Positions 54,824 through 63,095 of a stretch of 64,000 nucleotides of DNA are shown piece by piece (the stretch's first letter is position 1; each line of letters opens with the position of its first letter). The translations under genes and the position numbers were made by a program. The notes under the pieces are model-generated. The model did no database searches, was not told where the DNA came from, and was given only the letters and a program-made list of their open reading frames with translations. Origin of the DNA: a virus (Duplodnaviria; Caudoviricetes); IMG/VR virus record IMGVR_UViG_3300029288_000082, positions 32,001 to 96,000 of that record. One strand, written 5' to 3'.

Positions 54824-57800
54824 TAGAACGCCTCCACTTCTGGGTCAATCACGTTATATCCGTCCACAATCAGATTCGTCACCGTAGCACCAATGTCGAT
54901 GCCCAACCGGCAATGCGCCATCTTGATGTCCATCCCACCACCACCGGAATCGGTTATAGATGGGTTAGCACCAGGGGTAGTTTTCCGAATCGTGCAATCG
55001 TATAGCACGGCGGGTGCGGTGTCGTCGTACAAATCAATCACTGGAAAATCACCCAGCATGATAAGTGTACACCCAGATAGCTTATTGGAACTACCAAGGT
55101 GCCAGACATCTGTACCAGTACGAGTTGAACGGTAACATCTGATAAAGGTACACTTTTCAGCGCCACCAACCCCTCCAACCCGCGAACCCCAGCAATCCTC
55201 CCCGCCAACACAATCAGTGTACACCCCGTTGCATGAACCTGGGACAGCCGCACCGCCAGAACCGAAGGAACGTTCACCCGCAGTACACCGAGTAACGCTG
55301 CCTTTGACCGTACAACACGCAACAGAATCAGCGGTAACGATGCACGATCCAAACGACCTAACCCCGGCGTGACAATCAGTGGCGACCCCCTGGAACGCAG
55401 CCGTAACACCAGCAGGGGGGTTATTAGTCACACCAAAGCACCCGTCACCCCCTGTAACCCTATTCAGAATAGCGTCACATAGCGCGTTGTTATCAACCGA
55501 CGTACCGAAACATCCGTCCCCTCCAATGGTGTCCTCTATCGTCCCGCTGCAAGTTCCAGGGCTACTTGCACCATATCCAAAGGAATAATCCCCAGACTCG
55601 CAATGCTTGGCAGTTCCAGTAAACGACGCTGATGCGGGTTGCACAGTAGCAGCACCAAAGGAATAAATCCCAGCAACACAATGATCCAAATCGCCGCTAC
55701 AAAGCATATCATACATCGTAGAATCATCAGCACCGCACCCAAAGCAACGCTCCGTTCCGATGCAGTCAGACGCCTCTCCGCTGAAAGTGCTATGCCCATG
55801 TTCCGCATATCCGTAACTGTAGCCACGGGCCTCACAATCTACCATTGTCGCGGAGCACTCCGCGTTTCCACCAGTTCCAGGAGGAGCGCCGGTCAACACA
55901 GAAACACCAAACGCATAGTTGCCTGGAACAACACATCGAGTCAGCGTCCCAGCACACAACACATTTCCACCATTGCTCGCAACACCAAAACTACATGTGC
56001 CAGCAACACAGTCCATTGCTGTACCATCAAACGTTGCCCCCACATCTGGACCTGAAGACGCGCCAAAGCTCAATGAACCCGCTGTACAATTCTTGTAAAG
56101 CCCAGTAGCAGAACCACCATAAATGAACCCGTTCAAGTCCGTGTGGCAATCGTACCATGCAGATGAACACGACACCCCCATAAGCATCACCGCATAAGGC
56201 GGCGATACACCGGTCCCACGGAAGAACAACTCCTTGAACACACTACTAGGACTATCCTTCCGCATCAACAAACAAGCCTGTCCAGGAGTAGTAGCTATTT
56301 TCAAAATGCCGATCCGCTCCATGCGACCGCTATCAGCATCCCACCCCAGATCTATCCCATCAGGCACCAAGATCCTGGTCGAAGGTGTGCGAGCATCCCC
56401 GGACGCCTCCAGCACAGGAGAACTCCCCGCGCCGACAACCGACACATACTCCTGATCCAGATCCTTGCTGGCACCCATAACATAGGTTCCGCTCTGCAAC
56501 TCAATGGTGAGCATGTTCGACGCGCTAAGTGCGACGCCTAACGAAACCCAGTTTGGAGCACAATCATACGTGTGCTCGAACAGCCTCCACCCTGCTGTCG
56601 GATCGGAGGACAAATCCAACGACGCAGGAATCCTGACGCAATCGTGCGCTGAACGGTATTCGCTTTCCCCATTCCACCAGCCGCGACCGTAGGCTCCAAG
56701 ATTATCCAACGTGAAACCGACGAAAGACAGCCCACCGAGATCGGGACACGCCATCGCCATGGTTACGAGTGACGACTCATCGAAGACGATCGCGTTGCAA
56801 GTCGTGTGGTACTGTGCATTGACACTAGGATCCGGACCCATCCCAAAGTAACTGTCGATCAGAGCCTTCGACCGATGGATCACCGCGCCCCTGACGTTTC
56901 CGTACCCGCCATCAACCCTACCGTAAGCGTACGGATTCCCAAAGATGTCCCTGTCAAAGTTTGCGAAGTACTCGCAGTCCTCCATCCAGTTGATCCTGCA
57001 CACCCCACACATGAACACTGACGACCTCGCGGCATAGATATCGATACGGTTATCCTGAAACCACCCACCAGGAACGTCACTGGTGTCAACGTGCGCACAG
57101 ATCCACGAATGGTTCCCACCGTCATCTTGCGCTGGGCTGTCCTTCAAATAGAGTTTCATGACCCTGGTGGCGTCCAACTCATCGGCAGTTCCGCTGGCGT
57201 CGTTGAAAACATAGAAGCTCTCACGGACAGCGCCATTGATCTCCACGACATGAAAATCCGGCATCGGGAAACCGCAGCCTGCGTTCGCGTTCTGAACCTG
57301 TATACTGCCATCAACCAGCCTGAACCCTTGCGGGTAATTGTCATCATGAATCTTCAACCCCGGTTCCCATCCCACAGATGGCTTGCGCACAAATCTGACC
57401 GTTGGCGCATCCTTGTCCGTAGCCAGCCCGTAGGTATTCCACAGCTGAGGATCAATCGTCCACATGATGGCATTTGGCGTGGACAGCCGACAGTTGTCCC
57501 CCGTTATCGTGATGTGCATCCTCTGCGGAAGATACGTTGCCATCCCCTCGGCGTACACTCCGGGAGCAAGGTGGAACGTGAGGGGCTGCAAGAACACTGC
57601 AACATCCAACGGCCCAGGAATCGGTTGCGCATCACACGCCGCTTTGAACGTCTGGTACGGCTTCCCGATGGACCCGTCCCCCGTCACATCATTCCCGTCC
57701 ACAGCGTCCACGTAGATCTCGCCGTTGCCGGTGATGGCCACGCTGCCTGTGATCGGCACCCACGCACCGTTCATCCGCCCCACGAACTCGTTCGTCGTGG

Positions 57801-57948
57801 TGCTGTAGTACCATGTCCCATCGACGGGCACGCCGAGGCCGTCCTGCGTCGAGTCCCAGCGGTTGGCCAACACGAACGCCGTCGCCGCAGCGTCATCCAC
57901 GAGGTTGCCGAGGAAGTTCTTGTTGCCGTAGGGATCTTGAAACGCCAT
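54823..57948 (-). CDS. Large fibre/tailspike-like protein with Cys/Gly beta-helix repeats
   Basis: IYVDAVDGNDVTGDGS..KPY.T module; repeated C.AG..SFG units. Confidence 0.7.
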   Translation of the reverse strand: MAFQDPYGNKNFLGNLVDDAAATAFVLANRWDSTQDGLGVPVDGTWYYSTTTNEFVGRMNGAWVPITGSVAITGNGEIYVDAVDGNDVTGDGSIGKPYQTFKAACDAQPIPGPLDVAVFLQPLTFHLAPGVYAEGMATYLPQRMHITITGDNCRLSTPNAIMWTIDPQLWNTYGLATDKDAPTVRFVRKPSVGWEPGLKIHDDNYPQGFRLVDGSIQVQNANAGCGFPMPDFHVVEINGAVRESFYVFNDASGTADELDATRVMKLYLKDSPAQDDGGNHSWICAHVDTSDVPGGWFQDNRIDIYAARSSVFMCGVCRINWMEDCEYFANFDRDIFGNPYAYGRVDGGYGNVRGAVIHRSKALIDSYFGMGPDPSVNAQYHTTCNAIVFDESSLVTMAMACPDLGGLSFVGFTLDNLGAYGRGWWNGESEYRSAHDCVRIPASLDLSSDPTAGWRLFEHTYDCAPNWVSLGVALSASNMLTIELQSGTYVMGASKDLDQEYVSVVGAGSSPVLEASGDARTPSTRILVPDGIDLGWDADSGRMERIGILKIATTPGQACLLMRKDSPSSVFKELFFRGTGVSPPYAVMLMGVSCSSAWYDCHTDLNGFIYGGSATGLYKNCTAGSLSFGASSGPDVGATFDGTAMDCVAGTCSFGVASNGGNVLCAGTLTRCVVPGNYAFGVSVLTGAPPGTGGNAECSATMVDCEARGYSYGYAEHGHSTFSGEASDCIGTERCFGCGADDSTMYDMLCSGDLDHCVAGIYSFGAATVQPASASFTGTAKHCESGDYSFGYGASSPGTCSGTIEDTIGGDGCFGTSVDNNALCDAILNRVTGGDGCFGVTNNPPAGVTAAFQGVATDCHAGVRSFGSCIVTADSVACCTVKGSVTRCTAGERSFGSGGAAVPGSCNGVYTDCVGGEDCWGSRVGGVGGAEKCTFIRCYRSTRTGTDVWHLGSSNKLSGCTLIMLGDFPVIDLYDDTAPAVLYDCTIRKTTPGANPSITDSGGGGMDIKMAHCRLGIDIGATVTNLIVDGYNVIDPEVEAF

Positions 57949-57965
57949 AGCGTCGTCCTCCTAAA

Positions 57966-58586
57966 TCAGATCACGCTCCAGGTCATCGCGCCGTCGATGT
58001 TCATGTAGATGACCCCGGTCAATGTATCACGGTAGGGCGTGCCCGCCAGGGCCGTCACCACCCCGTTCGGGTTCCCCGCGCCCGTCATCCAGCCTGATCC
58101 ACCCGTCGCCGGGAAGGCGAACAGGGTTGTAGGCGTCAGCAAGTCCAGCCGCGCACCGTTGAACCACTGGATGGTGTAGTCGTCGTTGACCACGCCGAAG
58201 ACCATGCGCGAGGAAGAGATTTCCGTCTGGCTCACGTCCAGCTCCCACTGGACGGCCTGGGGACCCACGGCACCGGGCTGCAGGTCGGCGCAGATGAGAC
58301 CACCCCGCACCAGCGTGAGGTCGTTGGGCCCAACTGAGATCTCGACCTGCAGCGTGCGCGAGATGAAGATGGCAGAGTCCACCTGGGTGAACGTCCAAGC
58401 TCCCGGCGCGTTCGTGACCTCGACGGTCGGAAGCTGCCGATGGATCAGTGTGAGGTGCTCCAGCAGCGCAAACGCCGTCGCATCCGCCCCCTGGGCGAAG
58501 GTGCCGAACAGCTGCTGCCACTTCTGCCAGTCCGCGTTCCACGGCGGGATCGGCCACTGGAAGCGTCCTGTGTACTCGTTGGCCAT
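57966..58586 (-). CDS. Tail/baseplate protein
   Basis: GAGNPNGVVTALAGTPYRDT motif. Confidence 0.6.
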   Translation of the reverse strand: MANEYTGRFQWPIPPWNADWQKWQQLFGTFAQGADATAFALLEHLTLIHRQLPTVEVTNAPGAWTFTQVDSAIFISRTLQVEISVGPNDLTLVRGGLICADLQPGAVGPQAVQWELDVSQTEISSSRMVFGVVNDDYTIQWFNGARLDLLTPTTLFAFPATGGSGWMTGAGNPNGVVTALAGTPYRDTLTGVIYMNIDGAMTWSVI

Positions 58587-58596
58587 CCTCGTCCTC

Positions 58597-60816
58597 CTAC
58601 GCCGCCAGGTTGCTGATCGCCAGCGACCCCAGCGTGATGATCCGGTTGGCGGCCGGCACGAGGTTGCCCTCCGGATCGATATCCGAGGGCCCCGTGATGG
58701 CGATGTTCGTGTAGACCATGCCGACCGCGGCCTCCTCCACCACTCGGTGCAGGTCCGACAGGTACAGCGGCTCGTTGAAGTCGCGGCCCTTCAGCAGCTC
58801 CACGATGGCCGCCCGCGCCTTGGCCGCCTCCTCCTCGTACACGTAGGCTGGCCCAACGAGCAGCTCGACCTCGATCTGGGCCGGCACCAGCGCAGCGGCA
58901 CCGTTTACCACCTGCACCTGCTGCGTGACCTCCTTGATGCCGTCCAGGTACGCCTGGAGTCCCATGATGAGCCCAACCGATGGCGCCACGTAGTTGCCAT
59001 CGGCGTCCAGCGACAGGATGGGCACCTGCACGTAGTTGCTCAGGCAGTCGTCGCTGAACATCTGGGCGATGCGGACGCGCATCGCATCGGTCTTGACCAC
59101 GATGTTGGCCTGCAGATCCTCCGCTTTGCCGTCGATATCCGCTGCCTCAGCGCCCAGCGTGATCACCAGCGTCTGCAAGCTCGTGGCTGCCGCATCCACG
59201 GCCACCTTGATCGCCGGGATCGAGGTGTCCGGCGCCACTGGCGCGTCGTTCGTGAGGGCGTCCAGCGTGGGGTTGAGCAGGGTGCTGACCGTCAAGTCCA
59301 GCATGCCCCCCGCCGCCTGGACCGCGGCCAGGGCCGTCGCCCCCTGCCCCGTAATGCCAGTCGCCTGGCCGATGGCCGACGTCAGCTCATCAAGTACGTG
59401 CGTGCGCGCCGCGCTCGGCGCGAAATTCGCATCATCACTGACGTACGCGTACAAAACCTCCAACGCCGTCTTCTGGTTCGCTGACGTATCGTTGACGACG
59501 GCGATGGCTGTCTCGGCCGTCGTTCCCTGCGCCCGGGCAGCCTGCACGTTGACCTTGGCGCTCGTAACCCATCCCACGAGGCTGTCCGCCCCCAAAGCCC
59601 GCAGATTCTCCAGGGCAGCCATCTGCGCCTGGATCGTGGCCACGTACGTGCTCATGGTGGTGGCCCCGGTGGCCAGATCCGCCTCCAGGGCAGCCACAGC
59701 CGCGACGTACGCTACCAAGTACGCCTCCACATCCTCGACCAGGTTGTTGAAGGTCAGGTCCGCGTAGGTGCCGCGGGGGTTGAACGCGTACGCCTTGGCC
59801 ACCGACCCGTACAATGGGTCCACGAAGCTATTGGACAGGGCGTCGTAGTCCAGGGCCGTGATGGCCGCGCCGCGCGCAGCGAACGACAGCGGGGCCAGGC
59901 GCCGGGCGTGGTCGGTCTCCTCGGGGTCCGTGCCGCCCGTAGGGGCCACCTCGTGGTCCACCTCGAACGTGACCTCGGCCCCGCCAATGGAGAGCACGTC
60001 GATGCTGCTGCTGATGCTGTGCGCCTTGGGCTCGTTGCCCTTGATCCCGTCGATCACGACGAAGCGGAGCTTGACCTCCGCACCCGTAGGCGGGATGGCG
60101 CCCGCGATGCCATCGCCGAACCGCACGAGGGGCGGCTGCGCCGTGTAGTCCACCTCGAACTGCTCGTCGTTGGCGTAGGTGAGGAAGGTGCGCTCCTCCC
60201 ACTCCAAGCCGTCCACCCAGGCTTCCACGCTCAGATCAGCCAGGTAGCGATCCTCGGGCACGCTCGACAGCGGGTAGGTCTGGTTGGCCGCCCCGTTCGC
60301 CGTGAACGTCAGCAGGAACGTGTCGCCCTGGCGCACGCTCACTGTCCGCTGGGTTCCTGGAGCCAACGCCAGGGGCTCAACGAGCGCCGCGTAGGACTCG
60401 TAGACGAGCCCCGCCGGCCCCTGGTACCGCCACCGCGCGGGCATCGTGAAGGGCCCCGTGGTGCCATCGGGGAAGGTCAGCGAGAGTTCCACGCTGGCCG
60501 CCGCGGCCGGACGCATCTTGTAGCCCAGCTGCCGCACGATCCTGTTCGCGGCGCTCGGCGTGCGGGCTGTCTCCAGGAAGCAGTCCGACGCCGTCCGGTC
60601 CAGGTACCACTGGAGCTGCGCCGTGGCGTAGGCCATCATCTCGATGAGCATGATGCCCTGCGTCGTAGTGGCGTAGTCGTTGTACACCGTGGTATAGACC
60701 GCCTTCAGCCGCCGCAGCAAGTCGTCGAAGATCGACGCGTAGTCGCGGGCCGCGTACTTCACCGTGTTGAGCGGCGCCCGGTCAGCTACCAGCGGCTCGT
60801 ATGGATCGGTTGCCAT
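58597..60816 (-). CDS. Baseplate J / gp6-like wedge protein
   Basis: YAARDYASI, LGYKMRPAAAA, VRFGDG.AG.IP, GGTDPE, AITALDY. Confidence 0.88.
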   Translation of the reverse strand: MATDPYEPLVADRAPLNTVKYAARDYASIFDDLLRRLKAVYTTVYNDYATTTQGIMLIEMMAYATAQLQWYLDRTASDCFLETARTPSAANRIVRQLGYKMRPAAAASVELSLTFPDGTTGPFTMPARWRYQGPAGLVYESYAALVEPLALAPGTQRTVSVRQGDTFLLTFTANGAANQTYPLSSVPEDRYLADLSVEAWVDGLEWEERTFLTYANDEQFEVDYTAQPPLVRFGDGIAGAIPPTGAEVKLRFVVIDGIKGNEPKAHSISSSIDVLSIGGAEVTFEVDHEVAPTGGTDPEETDHARRLAPLSFAARGAAITALDYDALSNSFVDPLYGSVAKAYAFNPRGTYADLTFNNLVEDVEAYLVAYVAAVAALEADLATGATTMSTYVATIQAQMAALENLRALGADSLVGWVTSAKVNVQAARAQGTTAETAIAVVNDTSANQKTALEVLYAYVSDDANFAPSAARTHVLDELTSAIGQATGITGQGATALAAVQAAGGMLDLTVSTLLNPTLDALTNDAPVAPDTSIPAIKVAVDAAATSLQTLVITLGAEAADIDGKAEDLQANIVVKTDAMRVRIAQMFSDDCLSNYVQVPILSLDADGNYVAPSVGLIMGLQAYLDGIKEVTQQVQVVNGAAALVPAQIEVELLVGPAYVYEEEAAKARAAIVELLKGRDFNEPLYLSDLHRVVEEAAVGMVYTNIAITGPSDIDPEGNLVPAANRIITLGSLAISNLAA

Positions 60817-60854
60817 GGCGATCTTACCATTTCACAAACAGGACGAGATGCCGC

Positions 60855-60883
60855 TTGACATTCGCCCCAACGTGACCCATATT
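60855..60883 (+). promoter_or_regulatory. Promoter TTGACA-17-CATATT, probably leaderless
   Basis: ATG 60891 lies 7 nt after the -10, with no RBS. Confidence 0.65.
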
Positions 60884-60890
60884 GTCTCCT

Positions 60891-61025
60891 ATGAGACGCG
60901 AAAACTTCAAGGTCAACCTGGATCCCGACTTGGCCGCCTGGCTCCGCGCCGAGGCCGCCCGCCGCCGCTGCTCCTTCTCGCAGGTCGTGCGGGAACTCAT
61001 CGCCGCCGCCATGGCCCAAAAATGA
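60891..61025 (+). CDS. 44-aa ribbon-helix-helix (CopG-like) protein, not in ORF track
   Basis: MRRENFKVNLDPDLAAWLRAEAARRRCSFSQVVRELIAAAMAQK; ATGA overlap with tnpB. Confidence 0.75.
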   Translation: MRRENFKVNLDPDLAAWLRAEAARRRCSFSQVVRELIAAAMAQK

Positions 61026-62218
61026 TCCTGGCCCAGCGCATCCGGCTCGCCCCCAACAACGTCCAGGCGAGCTTCCTGGAGCGCTGCGCCGGTGCGGCCC
61101 GCTTCACCTACAACTGGGGCCTGGCCCGCTGGCAGGAAATCCACGCCGTCGGCGGCACGCCCTCCTGGCGCACCCTCAACGCCGAGATCAACGCCCGGAA
61201 GGACCGCGACCTGGGGTGGCTCCGCGATCTTCCATGGGCCGTCCCCAACACCGCCCTCGCCGACCTCGGGCGCGCCTTCGGCCACTTCTTCCGGCGGGTG
61301 AAGGCCGGCCAGCGCCCCGGCTACCCGCGCTTCAAGGCCAAGAAACGCTGCACCCCCGCCTTCGCCATCGAGGGCCGCGCGATCCACTTCGACGGCCGCC
61401 GCGTGCACCTCCCCAAGCTCGGCTGGGTGCGTACCCGCCAGCCCCCCCGCTTCCCCGGCCGCGTGCTGAGCGCACGCTTCTCGAAACACGCCGGCCACTG
61501 GGACCTCGCTATCCAAGTCGAGATCGACGAAACCCGCTGGACCTACCCCCACCGCTGCGAAACCCAAGCAGCGGTCGGCGTGGACCTCGGCGTGGTCGAC
61601 CTCGCCGTGCTCTCCACCGGCGAACACGTCCCGGCCCCCCGCAGCCTGCGGCACCACGCCGCCCAACTCCGGAGGTTGAACAAGGAACTGTCCCGCCGCA
61701 CCCGCGGCGGCCAGAACTGGCAGAAAACGAAGGCGAAGCTCGGGCTCCTGCACGAGCACATTGCCCACGTGCGGCACGCCGCCACCCACGCGCTGACCGC
61801 CTCCCTCGTCCACCACTTCCGCTGGATCGGCATCGAGGACCTGCACGTCGCCGCGATGATGCGAGGAAGGCTCGCCACCTCCCTCCAGGATGCCGCGATG
61901 GCCGAGGTTCGCCGTCAACTCGCTTACAAGGCGCCCCTCGCCGGGAGCACCGTGGTCGTCGCCGACCGCTTCTACCCGAGCAGCAAGACGTGCGCCACCT
62001 GCGGCGTCATCTACGCCGACCTCGCCCTGAACGAGCGCCGGTGGACCTGCGAAAGCTGCGGGGCCGAGCACGACCGCGACGAGAACGCCGCCGAGAACCT
62101 GTACCAATTGGCCGCCGCCCAGGCGGTGACAGCCTGCCGCCACGAGAGCGCTGGCGCCCTTCGGGACGCGCAACTCTCGCTTGGGCAGGAATCGGGCCAC
62201 GCTGTTAGCTTCGGTTAG
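61022..62218 (+). CDS. tnpB: RNA-guided endonuclease TnpB
   Basis: AGAARFTYNWGL, GYPRFK, GVDLG, IEDL, DRFYPSSKTC, DRDENAA. Confidence 0.95.
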   Translation: MILAQRIRLAPNNVQASFLERCAGAARFTYNWGLARWQEIHAVGGTPSWRTLNAEINARKDRDLGWLRDLPWAVPNTALADLGRAFGHFFRRVKAGQRPGYPRFKAKKRCTPAFAIEGRAIHFDGRRVHLPKLGWVRTRQPPRFPGRVLSARFSKHAGHWDLAIQVEIDETRWTYPHRCETQAAVGVDLGVVDLAVLSTGEHVPAPRSLRHHAAQLRRLNKELSRRTRGGQNWQKTKAKLGLLHEHIAHVRHAATHALTASLVHHFRWIGIEDLHVAAMMRGRLATSLQDAAMAEVRRQLAYKAPLAGSTVVVADRFYPSSKTCATCGVIYADLALNERRWTCESCGAEHDRDENAAENLYQLAAAQAVTACRHESAGALRDAQLSLGQESGHAVSFG

Positions 62219-62243
62219 CATCGTTTTAGTCCCGAATGGGATG

Positions 62244-62672
62244 TCATCCACCTGCCAGCGGCAGCGTCACCTGCGTCTGCTGGGTCTGCGGCTGTCCCAC
62301 CCTGCGGTACAGCACGTCCACGATGATCGCTGTCTCTACCCCGTCCGCCTTCTCGCTCAGGCGCGAGTCCACGGCCAGCACCTCCGCCTGCGGCACGAAG
62401 GTCTCGATCGCCTGCGTCACCTCGCTGGCGACGCGCGCTTGCAACAGCGGAGTCATGTTGTTGAAGATCAGCCGGTGGATGTTCACCCCCATGTCCGCAT
62501 GCATCAGCCGCTCGTTCGTCCCCGTCAGCATCAGCGCCACGATCGAGCAGAACAGCGCCGCATCCGGGTCCGCCAGCGCCGGGAACCCCTCCTTCCCCAA
62601 CTGGAAGGGGAACGCGAAGGTCTTGACGACCTGCGCATCGGAGACGGGCGGTGGCGCGTTGACCGTCGGCAT
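62244..62672 (-). CDS. gp25/GpW-like baseplate wedge protein
   Basis: FAFPF...LTGTNERLM..DMG....LIF...AIETFVP. Confidence 0.85.
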   Translation of the reverse strand: MPTVNAPPPVSDAQVVKTFAFPFQLGKEGFPALADPDAALFCSIVALMLTGTNERLMHADMGVNIHRLIFNNMTPLLQARVASEVTQAIETFVPQAEVLAVDSRLSEKADGVETAIIVDVLYRRVGQPQTQQTQVTLPLAGG

Positions 62673-62719
62673 CTTCCTACCCTATCACGCCAGCGCGCGA
62701 AAGGCACGCTGCTGGACCA

Positions 62720-62735
62720 GCGAACACGTGTGCGC
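62720..62735. promoter_or_regulatory. 16-bp palindrome variant GCGAACACGTGTGCGC
   Basis: Directly after stop 62739. Confidence 0.75.
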
Positions 62736-62738
62736 CGA

Positions 62739-63080
62739 TCAGTCGAGGGGGCATCCTGGCATCTCCGGTAGGCCCGGCAGCCCCGGGATCGCCGGGATCG
62801 GCAACCCGGGGATGGGAATCGCCAGCTTCAGCGTCGGCAACCCCAGCGACAGCCCCACACTTGGGAGCCCTGGCAGCCCTGGCAGCCCCGGGGGGGACGG
62901 GAGCGCGAACGGCAGCCCCGGCACCGGGATCGCCAGCGTCAGGGAGGGCAGCCCCAGCGACACGCCAAAGGACGGGAGGCTGGGCAGCCCTGGCAGCCCC
63001 GGGATCGCCGGGATCGGTAGCCCGGGCACGGGGATCGCCAGCGCCAGCGTGGGCGGCGTCGGGATCCGGCAGTTCGACAT
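62739..63080 (-). CDS. Pro/Leu/Gly-rich tandem-repeat protein
   Basis: Three units of LAIP.PGLP..A.P..PGLPGLP. Confidence 0.6.
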   Translation of the reverse strand: MSNCRIPTPPTLALAIPVPGLPIPAIPGLPGLPSLPSFGVSLGLPSLTLAIPVPGLPFALPSPPGLPGLPGLPSVGLSLGLPTLKLAIPIPGLPIPAIPGLPGLPEMPGCPLD

Positions 63081-63095
63081 GGATGCGCTCCTTCG

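Noticed and set aside
44200-57948. Diversity-generating retroelement acting on fibre genes
   Set aside because: No reverse transcriptase, and no template/variable repeat pair differing at adenines was noticed
60764-61021. N-terminal extension of TnpB given in the ORF track
   Set aside because: The region holds a promoter and a separate RHH gene; the TnpB-like sequence begins at ATG 61022
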